A DNA stretch of 34,700 nt. Origin: Saprolegnia diclina VS20. Lineage: Eukaryota. The notes under the pieces were generated by a model. It did no database searches. It was given only the letters and a program-made list of their open reading frames with translations, and had not been told where the DNA came from. Of this stretch, positions 10,160 through 20,364 are shown piece by piece (positions within the stretch are counted from its first letter, which is position 1; the number at the start of each line of letters is the position of its first letter). Both the position numbers and the translations under genes were made by a program. Where the stretch lies: NCBI RefSeq assembly GCF_000281045.1, contig NW_008246111.1, positions 135,907 through 170,606 on the forward strand, read 5' to 3'.

Positions 10160-10870
10160 GAAGCGCTTCTCAAGGCTGCAGAAGAGGGCAACGTGGCCAA
10201 CGTCCGATTCTATCTCAAGCAGGTGGTCAACATGACCTGCATGAACCGTGTACGTGGCACCTCGACGTCGATTGTCCATCGTGATTGATGTATATTGGCG
10301 TAGAGTGGTCAGACGCCATTGCACTTGGCTGCTGGAAATGGTCGACTGAAGATTGTCCGCTTTTTGCTCGAGAAGGGCGCCGATATTGAAGCTCCGGACA
10401 AGGTACGTTTGAGCTTTGCGTTGATATCCCTCATGTACCGTATGTATTCATATGACTATTGGCGTAGAATGATAAAACGCCTTTGCACTTTGCTGCTTTC
10501 AGGGGCAAGTTGGAGGTCGTCCGCTCTTTGCTCGAGAAGGGCGCCGATATTGAAGCTCCGGACAAGGTACGTTTGTGCTTTGCGTTGATATCCCTCATGT
10601 ACCGTGCGTATTCATATGACTATTGGCGTAGGATGATAAAACGCCATTGCACTTTGCTGCTTTCAGGGGCAAGTTGGAGGTCGTCCGCTCTTTGCTCGAG
10701 AAGGGCGCCAACGTCGACGCCAGAGACATTGTACGTTCATCGTCTCTTCGCATAATGCGCTATGAGAGATACAAAACTTCGGGACGTGGAGAGAGGCATG
10801 CTGAACAAAACCACGGCGCTGGATGTGGAACTGCTGCGTATCAACGCGGATGTCACCTGCCCCACCTGAG
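10160..10870 (+). CDS. Small ankyrin-repeat protein; exons 10160-10249, 10304-10402, 10468-10566, 10632-10730; first and last exons uncertain
   Basis: Exons translate EALLKAAEEGNVANVRFYL…, SGQTPLHLAAGNGRLKIVRFLLEKGADIEAPDK, NDKTPLHFAAFRGKLEVVRSLLEKGADIEAPDK and DDKTPLHFAAFRGKLEVVRSLLEKGANVDARDI. Introns are phase-0 GT-AG. Confidence 0.85.
10355..10710. repeat. Tandem repeat with a 164-bp period (99-nt exon + 65-nt intron), about 2.2 copies
   Basis: Introns 10403-10467 and 10567-10631 are nearly identical, as are the adjoining exons. Confidence 0.95.
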
Positions 10871-12132
10871 CTGCGTGCAGCGGTTTTGCGTCAACGTCAT
10901 TCGTGCGTCATAGAATGTGGCCTCCCATCCTTTCTATTTCAAAAGCGGCGAAAAGAAATCGCGTCGACAGTGGCGCTTGACGAGCCCACGAGTCGTACAG
11001 CGACAGAATGTACTCAGCATATGGTACAAGCACGAGATTGACTAACGTTAATCGTATGGCAACCCGAGCGAGCAAATGCTCGCAATACAATGTCTGTCAA
11101 GGGTTAACAAAAAGCATTTCTTCTTGATCGTTGACAATACAGAGTGTCATTGTCGGCCAAGCTCGTGGAAACGAGACTGGACGCAAAAATGCGTCGACAA
11201 CACCTCTCGCCCACGGTTTCGTAAACCGGTTCATTGAACCGAATGGCACCCAATGGTGCGACTTTGGCAGACCAAAAACAGCAAGCAAGGCGCTCTACAT
11301 GAAGCGCGCGAAGTTCTGCGAGAGTGCTTCTCGGCGACGCACCGATGTTGCAATGTGAGTAGAGTAGTTACCAGCTAGCTCCAGTCATGAGTTCCAGCTC
11401 TTAATACTAGTACCGGTTCTATTGACAGAAACGCAGCAGCACAGCTCTTGTTACCACAGACTCGTGCTCAGGTTTTGTGCAGCACGCGCGAGAGACACTG
11501 TTGCACCTGTCGCGTATCACTATTTCGATCGAGTCAAGCGCAGCGCGTTGTTCGTGTCGGCAACGATGCTGAAGACGAGTAGGACAGTCAAACTGTGCGA
11601 ATTGTAAGGTTCGTCGAGCTCCATTTCGTTGCAACCGACCTTGATCTCATTTTTCGCCCCAGGAAACACAACGGCTTTGCATTAGAAATCGTATGTCGCG
11701 TCAACAGCTGGCGATCATCATTCTGCCGTCAGAGGTACTCGTGACGTGCCCAGAGCCAAGCAGTTTTCGCCTTNNNNNNNNNNNNNNNNNNNNNNNNNNN
11801 NNNNNNNNNNNNNNNNNNNNNNNNNNNNNNNNNNNNNNNNNNNNNNNNNNNNNNNNNNNNNNNNNNNNNNNNNNNNNNNNNNNNNNNNNNNNNNNNNNNN
11901 NNNNNNNNNNNNNNNNNNNNNNNNNNNNNNNNNNNNNNNNNNNNNNNNNNNNNNNNNNNNNNNNNNNNNNNNNNNNNNNNNNNNNNNNNNNNNNNNNNNN
12001 NNNNNNNNNNNNNNNNNNNNNNNNNNNNNNNNNNNNNNNNNNNNNNNNNNNNNNNNNNNNNNNNNNNNNNNNNNNNNNNNNNNNNNNNNNNNNNNNNNNN
12101 NNNNNNNNNNNNNNNNNNNNNNNNNNNNNNNN

Positions 12133-13804
12133 TGGGCGCGCGCTTTGAGATTGCACTGGCGCATGATCAAGAAACGACGTTTCTCGATGACATTGCTCAG
12201 TTCCATGCATTTGAAAAGATGAAGGCGACGATCAAGAGCGAAAACTCCGAGGCCAGTGTGCCCAGTGACCGCGACGGTATTTTTGCTTTGATACGCGCCG
12301 AGACGTCATTCATCGCGGTCGACCGGCTCATCTTCTCCACTTTGACGAACTGGATCAAGTCGACGCTCGAGGCTTCGATCGCATCGGCGCCCACGCCTGC
12401 CGCAAAAGCCCAGCGATGGGCCAACCTCGGAGTTGCGATACAAGGCGAGTTTCAACACGCCGACGCCGAGCGCTGCTTCCGCCAAGCCGTCAACTTGTTT
12501 ACGCTTGCCAACAGGCGATACGCCGTCGAGTCACTTCATGCGCAGGTGACGTTGGCCTATTGCATTGCCTACCAGCGCAAGCCCCGAAGCCAGTGGGAAC
12601 CGCTCAGTCTTGCCACGATCCAAGCGGCGACCGAGCACTTTGGCGAGACGCACGACTCGACGCTGCACGCGCGATCCAGCTATGCGCTCGCACTTAGCTG
12701 GAACTACGACTTGTACATGGCGTTGCCGCTCTATCTTGAGCTCTATGACATTTCACGCCACAAGTACGGCCTCCACGACCAGCGCACGGCCGACAAGATG
12801 AAGACGATCGGCGGTATCTATTGTCAACGTGGTACTCATCGCGTCGGCGCGCGCTGGCTCCGAAAAGCACTGACGATACTTGAAGCAACCCTCGGCCCCG
12901 ACCACTCTGCGACGACGGTGACCGCATCGCACCTCGTTGGCGCGTACATGTTTATGGGTGAGCTCGCGATCGCGCTCCCATTGAGTCAGCGGCTCGCGGC
13001 TACTGCGGAGCGGACGCTCGGGCCCGACAACAGCGACACCATTCTCCACAAGATGAACGTCGCGGCGCTCCAGCTCATGACGAACAGCGTACCAGAGGCT
13101 ACGTCGCTTCTCCTCCAACTCGAAGCGTCTTTGGCCCAGCGCGCCGAGCTCACGCGCCAGCTGCGCGACCAGCTTCGTGATGGTTTGGTATCTGCATGAG
13201 GCGTGGCTCTCACCGTCCGAAATGTCTAGTGCGAGCCAACTTGGGTCTGGCCTACTGGATCAACGGCAACGATGCGTCAGCGATGGCCTACTACACGCGC
13301 ATCCTGGAGAGTCACCCAAGCAAAGACAACATGTTGCTGCTCTACCACTTTGCCGACGACCTGTCCACGTCGTCGAGACTACGCAAAGGCGCACTCGCCC
13401 GTGTTCGAGCCTTTGTCGTCGCGACACAAGATCCGGCGCCCGAGACGTGGTGCGAGACGTGCACGTCGTGCTGCGAGCCGATCGTCGGTCGCCGCAGCAT
13501 GTGTCAAATGTGTCCCAAGACGCTCTTCTTCTTTTGCAGTGCGTGCGTCCAGCAGCAGCCCGCTCGCGTTCAGTCGTTTTGCAAGCACGATCAACGGACT
13601 TCAGTCTACGAGACAGTGACGCCGCCCTGTCGGTTCTTGCTCGAGGACGACTTGATGATGATGAACGACAAGTCCTACGGCGACGTGGATGCTAAGTACT
13701 CCGCGTATACGGCGTACTGCGATTTGCACGAGGTTCCATTGGCGGAGCGAATCTTGCGGACGTCGATTTCGTCGTTAAGTCAAGGGTGGCATCCCATGGT
13801 GTAA
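12133..13804 (+). CDS. TPR-array (kinesin-light-chain-like) protein with a ZZ-type zinc finger and C-terminal 'WHPM' domain; join(<12133..13182,13230..13804); 5' end in a gap
   Basis: Frame is open from the gap (GARFEIALAHDQETTFLDDI…). It has roughly 42-aa repeats with FGETHDST, YGLHDQRT, LGPDHSAT and LGPDNSDT, a 47-nt GT-AG intron, and CTSCCEPIVGRRSMCQMCPKTLFFFCSAC. Confidence 0.88.
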
Positions 13805-15278
13805 TATAGCCAATGTACTTTCGTCAATTAAGTTTCAACACGCTCAGTTGACGACGCTATGACACAACGAAGACTTGGCGGCGTAGCTAATTTCATAAGC
13901 TTGTTTTTTTACCAATCCAAAACGAAATGCGACTTACCCCACAGAGTGCCACGTCATGGTGGTGAATTTATTTTGGAAAACCGAAATCGAGCCACCAAAA
14001 GTCCCCTACTGCATCCGTAAACTCGACTCGACTCGACTCTCGAGCTCAGCCAGTGTATTCATCGAGCGATCCAGCGTATGGCAAGCGGGCAACTTGAGGT
14101 CGCGATCCAGTTGGCCATCCAGTGTATTCGGCGGTCATCACCGTTCAATGCACTGCACTACACTTGACGCGGCAATGCAGTTGCAACAGTAGCGTATGCG
14201 CAAGGGTCGATACAATTGTGTTGCCCTTGCTGTGCAGTGCCTGCGATTCGCGGGTATCGATACTGAGAGGTTTTTCGATTGCAGGTATTATGTATTGGGG
14301 TCTGCGCACAAAGGCTGGGTCTCGCCGACGCAACCTCCTCCCACCGGGTCATTCCTTGAATGCAAGAAGCGCGGCGACGTACAAGATTGTCATTCCTTGT
14401 CAATCGAATTGGTCCCATTGCTAAACTGCGTCATTTAAACTAAACATGCATTCTATTGCAAGATCGACATCTGGTGACAGCTCCGCTGGACCTACATTCC
14501 TTGAGGCAGTAATCNNNNNNNNNNNNNNNNNNNNNNNNNNNNNNNNNNNNNNNNNNNNNNNNNNNNNNNNNNNNNNNNNNNNNNNNNNNNNNNNNNNNNN
14601 NNNNNNNNNNNNNNNNNNNNNNNNNNNNNNNNNNNNNNNNNNNNNNNNNNNNNNNNNNNNNNNNNNNNNNNNNNNNNNNNNNNNNNNNNNNNNNNNNNNN
14701 NNNNNNNNNNNNNNNNNNNNNNNNNNNNNNNNNNNNNNNNNNNNNNNNNNNNNNNNNNNNNNNNNNNNNNNNNNNNNNNNNNNNNNNNNNNNNNNNNNNN
14801 NNNNNNNNNNNNNNNNNNNNNNNNNNNNNNNNNNNNNNNNNNNNNNNNNNNNNNNNNNNNNNNNNNNNNNNNNNNNNNNNNNNNNNNNNNNNNNNNNNNN
14901 NNNNNNNNNNNNNNNNNNNNNNNNNNNNNNNNNNNNNNNNNNNNNNNNNNNNNNNNNNNNNNNNNNNNNNNNNNNNNNNNNNNNNNNNNNNNNNNNNNNN
15001 NNNNNNNNNNNNNNNNNNNNNNNNNNNNNNNNNNNNNNNNNNNNNNNNNNNNNNNNNNNNNNNNNNNNNNNNNNNNNNNNNNNNNNNNNNNNNNNNNNNN
15101 NNNNNNNNNNNNNNNNNNNNNNNNNNNNNNNNNNNNNNNNNNNNNNNNNNNNNNNNNNNNNNNNNNNNNNNNNNNNNNNNNNNNNNNNNNNNNNNNNNNN
15201 NNNNNNNNNNNNNNNNNNNNNNNNNNNNNNNNNNNNNNNNNNNNNNNNNNNNNNNNNNNNNNNNNNNNNNNNNNNNNC

Positions 15279-15690
15279 CGAGACGTCGTTCATCGCGGTC
15301 GATCGGCTCATTTTTTCGACTTTGACCACCTGGATCAAGACCGCGCTCGAAGCATCGATCGCTTCAGCGCCCACGCCTGTCGCCAAGGCTGCCCGGTGGC
15401 TCCAACTGGGCATCACGTACCAAGACGAAGTCGACCACGCTCAAGCCGACGCCGTCCGTGTGCTCTGTGCCCACGACACGAGTGCCACCACCTACACGGT
15501 GACGCCGCCGCCCCGCCGCTACTTTTTCGAAGCCGACTTGATGGCGATCGGCGATAAACCGTTTGACGTCGTCGACGCGGCGTATGACGAGTACCGTGCT
15601 TTTTGTGATACGCACGCCGTGCCGATGGCAGAGCGCCTGCATCGAACGTCGCTGCCGTCCTTGTGCCGCGACTGGCACCCCATGGTCTAA
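15279..15690 (+). CDS. Paralogue of the 12133-13804 gene lacking the TPR array and ZZ finger (in-frame internal deletion); 5' end in a gap; may be a pseudogene
   Basis: ETSFIAVDRLIFSTLTTWIKTALEASIASAPTPVAKAARW matches about 12300-12470 and then continues directly into …TVTPPPRRYFFEADL…RDWHPMV*, which matches about 13570-13804. Confidence 0.78.
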
Positions 15691-15835
15691 GACCTAAACA
15701 CTATCCTTTTTGTATGGATATGCAGCAGGTATCTTTTTGTCTTGTCAGTGTCGAGGAGCAAGCGAGTCCACTCGATGACGCATCGATCGCGTACGCGTCG
15801 ACGCGATTTGAGAGGAGCTCGTGAGTTCATCGTTC

Positions 15836-15866
15836 GGGGTAGGGTTAGGGTAGGGTAGGGTTAGGG
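15836..15866 (+). repeat. Short degenerate telomere-like (T)TAGGG tract; potential G-quadruplex
   Basis: ggggtagggttagggtagggtagggttaggg has six G-runs separated by TA/TTA. Confidence 0.8.
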
Positions 15867-16102
15867 CAATGCGGCCAATTTAACAGTGACACGAGCGTCC
15901 TCGCATGGACTCTAGTGCCATATTCATTGCTAGGTGACATTTCGATCACTAGCGATGGGGTACATATGTACGACGGTCGCCACGTGCATTGCATTCAGTG
16001 ATCCATTGAAACATTGAAATTTTCTCTGCACCACACTAGACCACAACACTTGAGAACTCGACAACAAATTGACTGCACAAAGCAACTAACATAACATGTC
16101 TA

Positions 16103-17934
16103 TTAAATGCACCACACGGAGAGAGTGGTCGCGTGGTGCATCGCGTACGGCTTGCTGGGCGGAGTAGGCCCCGCACCTTTGTCCCGAAGGTCAAACAGCG
16201 GGGCCGGGCGCAAGAGGTTGACGACAAACTCGGAGGGTTCGGTGCTGTGCGCGATTACTTCGTCGGCGCTTCGTCGGTCCAAGCACTGCAACAAGCTCAC
16301 TCGCAGGCGTTCGTAGAGCTGGCCGTCGCAGTAGCAGAGTACAAAGCAGTCGGTCGCACGCAAATTGATGGTCGGTGTGGCCTTGAGCTGCGGGTACGTC
16401 TCCATGATTGCGTGCACGGTGCCCCCGCGCGCCTTCTGTCGTGGTGGGCGACGTCGCAGTGTGCCCAGCGTGACTCGGTTCTTGATGTTGTTGTAGTGAA
16501 AACTAGCATAGTCGATATCGGCTTTCAATTGCTTTGCGCGTCGGGCCGTGTCTACGTGTTCATGAGCGCATGACGACTTTGAGAACAGCGCTACGTACTA
16601 AAGTACGGGGTCGTGAGACCATAGAGTAGCGGAATACTTGTGATCAGTTGAACGTAAACGATGCACCCGAGACAGGACTCGATCACTTGATTGGCCGATC
16701 CGGGGGGTACACCGACGGTGAACGTCCATTGGTACAGCCACGTGAAGACCGGAATATGCCCGTTCATCCACGTAAGCAACGGGCCGTAGACCATGACGGC
16801 CATCGCCAAAATAGTCGGGTCCACGTCCGCAAATAGTCGTTCTTTACGAAAGCGCTTGAGAAAAAACGAGACGAGGCAGAGACCCCAGTAGGCAAACCAC
16901 ACCTAATCAACAAGAGAAGACTCGAGACACCACCGATCGACCATGAAGCGTACGGTGCGGGATAGGTACCACGTGCTTCGAAATACGTGCTCGAGGCTGC
17001 CCGTCTGTGCGACTTGCATGATGGCAACCGCGAGGTTGGTGACGCTGAGCCAAATGTCTACAAAGTACAACGTCGCCACCGACGGGTCCATGAGGATTAT
17101 CGCTGTCGGGTCCCCGACCACGAGTTCGTACGACCAGACGCCGCTCGGCAGCGTCGCGCGGTGCCCTTGTCTTTGCAAGACGCGGTCCAGAGCATATACG
17201 TGTTTGTAGTACCCATGCCAGAGCCGATACCACACAAAGAGCGTCGAGGCCAAGCGGTAGCCGAATTTGAACCAGATCCACGGACCAAATCGCGACTCGT
17301 AGTAGATATAAGTGAGCGTCATGGCCGTCGCATCGCTGCTTCCGCGGTGCACAACGTTCCCAGGTTGGAGCCAAAAGCACACATAGCCCGTTGAGAGCGT
17401 GCAGAGTGTGGCCTGGAAGCACGAGCCTTGGGTGGTCCAGTCAACAGCGCTCGCGTTCGGCGCTACCATGGCCGCGCAGAGCATCTCCATGGTGCGGTTG
17501 GTGTAAAATACGAGCCCAGGAAGACCCGGAAGCTGCGTCTCAAAGCATGTGCGGAACGACATACTCGGCGGCCGTCCCAAGCGCAGAAGCGCACGGGCCA
17601 CTTGGGCGTTGTTGGGCTTGTCGACAAAGTACAAGCTGTCATCTGGTATCGTTGCGTTCGAGTACATTGCGCGGCTGCGGCTGAGCTCGGCCGAAACGAA
17701 GTCAGTATAGTTGGCATACGCAAGGGGCGGCGAGAGCTTGCCTGTCCACGGAAGGTACTCGGAGATGTAGGCCGTGAGCGGCTACACGCTGTCAACGACC
17801 CAGAATGTGAATACATATAGGCGTACCACCGTCGAGACTTTGAGGAACGAGGCGACGCTCAGCGATAACGCAAGACGGCTCCAACGGACACGGCGACCAG
17901 CGGCAGAGACGTCGGCCACCCTGCCTTGCCCCAT
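16103..17934 (-). CDS. Oomycete multi-pass transmembrane protein of unknown function; four exons (introns 17782-17826, 16903-16953 and one near 16551-16598)
   Basis: ATG at 17934 (MGQGRV…RVRWSRLALSL) splices to PLTAYISEYLPW. …WYLSRT|VWFAYWGL is joined across a 51-nt intron. Several hydrophobic segments are present, and the last exon ends …LSVWCI*. Confidence 0.8.
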
Positions 17935-18585
17935 GTCCGGTCTTGCTTTCAATGATGCTTCAAGTACTATCTTTGGAGCGTACCCCTACCCCTATGTGCC
18001 TTTTCTTAGCAACGTCAATAACGGGCAGGGCAAAAGTCTTGGGCGAAGTGAAAAGCCGACAATGAATCCTGGGTCGCCGAAATGAAGGAGTGTATGAATC
18101 ATTAAGAAATTTGGATCTCTATATACATTGAACTTCCACTCGGTACGCCCCTTCCTGCGTCACATAAGTGTAGCACTTTGCTAAATCAAAGACAACCGGT
18201 CGAGATTGTATTCCGACACCAACGGTCGCACCATATGTATGAACGTGTTTGGCGTTAACTTCGTTGTTACAAAGGCTTGCGTTGAGACTAACAATCTCCT
18301 TCTTCTTCATTCGCTTGCCGGGCCGTGGCTGCGCAGGCGGCGGCGCGGGGCTCGTCTTGCTCTTCCGTGGTCGCCCTACGGTGCTTGTGGTCGCGGGTGA
18401 GACCCTAAAGTATGCCTGACGCCAGGTCGACCGGTCTTGGCATAAACCAATATGGCGGGTCAGTGCTAGTACATTCCCGTTTTATAACGTAGTCTGTTGA
18501 CATTATTAGTAACATCAATCTGCTATCTATCTATTCGTAAAACTTCCTTGCCAAATTTGGTCAAAAAGGGCTTCATTCACAAAAA

Positions 18586-20364
18586 TTACCACTGAGTACC
18601 GTTCGCGGCGCAATCACCAGCATCAAACGCGCACTCGGGGTTATAGCAGCTGCGGTCGCACACATTGTTGCCGCGCGCGAGGTTGGAGCACGTCGGCGCA
18701 CACACGGCGTTGCAGCCGTCGCCGCCAGCAAGACAGTACGGACTTCCGTCCACAAGCACCTGCCGGTCCGCAATTCGCGCGGCGACGGCGTCGGACATGA
18801 CCGTCTCAATCGGGTTGTTGCTCACATCCAGCACAAGCGCCGGTTTGGCCGCAAGTAGCGCATATGGCAGCGTCGGTACTCGGTTTTGGGCCACCTGAAG
18901 GCGACTCAGCGCCGGCAGCGATATTAGTTCAGTCTCGGGGATCGACGTCAGCTGATTCGACGAGACATCCAACCGCTCAAGGGCGCGGAGCTCGTGCATC
19001 CAGTTTGGCCACTCTCGCAGCTGGTTGTCGGACAAGAGCAGCGCCGCGAGGTTCGACCATGACGACGGTCGTGTCAGTGGAAGCGCCGACGTCATTAGAC
19101 TCCGCGACAGTGTCAGCGTTTGGCAGTAGGTTGGTAGGACCGACAAGGCGGGTGGGACGTCCATAAACGGCGTATCGTAAAAGTTGAGCGAGAGCAAGTT
19201 GGATGGCCACGACGCGCCATTGGGCAGCGACCAGTTGGCTGGCAGCTGCGCCGACTGCACCGTGAGTCCGTAGAGTTGCGGGAATTGCGATAAGGACGAG
19301 ATGTCGAGTCCGTCGGGCAGCGGACAGCGCACCCACTGGACATAAAACAGCATTGAGCCCAGCTGGTTGGATGTAAAGAGCCTTGTGGCGTACTCAGTGT
19401 TGGTGTCGTTGCACTCGATGCGAAGCAAAGCGCATGTACAACTCGTCGTCCACCACGGTGTCGTGACCATGCGGCATTCGGGGGGGCAACGGCGGGGCGA
19501 CACCGCGACGCTCAGCCCCGCGATCGCCGACACGAGTCCAATCCCGAACGAGTACGCGACCAGCCCGCGTTTGACCCACTTGTGCCACCCGTAACACCGC
19601 GGTGGTTTCTGCGGGGCCCACCGGTCGAAGGACGAGACGAGCGGACCGATCGCGCGGCTGGTCCTTGCAGTCGGGGCTACGATCGAAGAGCGCAGAAACA
19701 GCATCGGGTCGACCAGTTGTCGGACGTTCCATAGACTCGCCGAGAACAAAATGACCTTTTCCAGCAAATCCAGCGCGGTATTGGGCGCCAAAAAGCGTGT
19801 CAGGAGCGTGTAGCGCACCGTCCAATTGGACGAATAGCCGACACGCGGGTCGACGAATTTCGCGACGAGGAGCGCGGGGACAACGACGACAAGGTAGAAC
19901 CCTGTCGAGAGCCCGAAGCTTGTGAGGCTGTTGACCAAACGGGCTGCGTCCGACCGTGCGGGCCACGGCGTCGAGATTGCCGCTATGCTCACGAGCAGGG
20001 CGTACGCGACAGCGACGTCAACGTCAACCGTATACATGCTGAGCCGCCACGCCTGCAAGAGCTGGACAGTTGTTTCCACCACATTGCCGAGCTGGACAAC
20101 ACGGGACGGCACCGAGAGGCTTCGCCAGCGCAGAGGTGTCATCGACCGACGGTAGCGGATCGGCACCAACAGCGAAATCGCGCCGAGTAGATGCGTACAA
20201 GCAAAGGCCAAGTACAAGGGCGCGCTCAGCGTCTTCATGGCGTAGACTTGGAATTTGACTTGGTCCGATGGCTTGGCAAAGAGCATGAGGAGGCCCAAGA
20301 GGAGAAGGTACACGCATGATGCTGCGTGCTTGAGAAGCGCGACAGCGACGAAGGCGCGCCGCAT
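18586..20364 (-). CDS. Multi-pass (about 7 TM) membrane protein with a C-terminal Cys cap, LRRs and an LNR (Lin12/Notch)-like repeat; paralogue 1
   Basis: Intronless ORF of about 590 aa, first ATG at 20364. Hydrophobic N-half, LRRs (LLLSDNQL, LDVSSNQL, LQVAQNRV, LDVSNNPI), and CAPTCSNLARGNNVCDRSCYNPECAFDAGDC. Confidence 0.9.
   Translation of the reverse strand: MRRAFVAVALLKHAASCVYLLLLGLLMLFAKPSDQVKFQVYAMKTLSAPLYLAFACTHLLGAISLLVPIRYRRSMTPLRWRSLSVPSRVVQLGNVVETTVQLLQAWRLSMYTVDVDVAVAYALLVSIAAISTPWPARSDAARLVNSLTSFGLSTGFYLVVVVPALLVAKFVDPRVGYSSNWTVRYTLLTRFLAPNTALDLLEKVILFSASLWNVRQLVDPMLFLRSSIVAPTARTSRAIGPLVSSFDRWAPQKPPRCYGWHKWVKRGLVAYSFGIGLVSAIAGLSVAVSPRRCPPECRMVTTPWWTTSCTCALLRIECNDTNTEYATRLFTSNQLGSMLFYVQWVRCPLPDGLDISSLSQFPQLYGLTVQSAQLPANWSLPNGASWPSNLLSLNFYDTPFMDVPPALSVLPTYCQTLTLSRSLMTSALPLTRPSSWSNLAALLLSDNQLREWPNWMHELRALERLDVSSNQLTSIPETELISLPALSRLQVAQNRVPTLPYALLAAKPALVLDVSNNPIETVMSDAVAARIADRQVLVDGSPYCLAGGDGCNAVCAPTCSNLARGNNVCDRSCYNPECAFDAGDCAANGTQW

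Noticed and set aside
10355..10710. Repeat-spacer appearance suggesting a CRISPR-like array
   Set aside because: It is a contiguous exon+intron tandem duplication in a eukaryotic ankyrin gene, with no unique spacers or cas genes.
11131..11358. Short ORF (…GFVNRFIEPNG…) as the missing N-terminus of the 12133 gene
   Set aside because: Similarity to the 3768 N-terminus is too weak, there is no SHAW motif, and stops follow.
12133..13804. Calling this kinesin light chain
   Set aside because: Only the TPR type is similar. There is no heptad region, and it has extra ZZ and WHPM domains.
2368..15416. Long ORFs running through N gaps (e.g. 2368-3762, 11693-12222, 14421-15416)
   Set aside because: Their length is an artefact of X codons. 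Only the flanking real sequence was interpreted.
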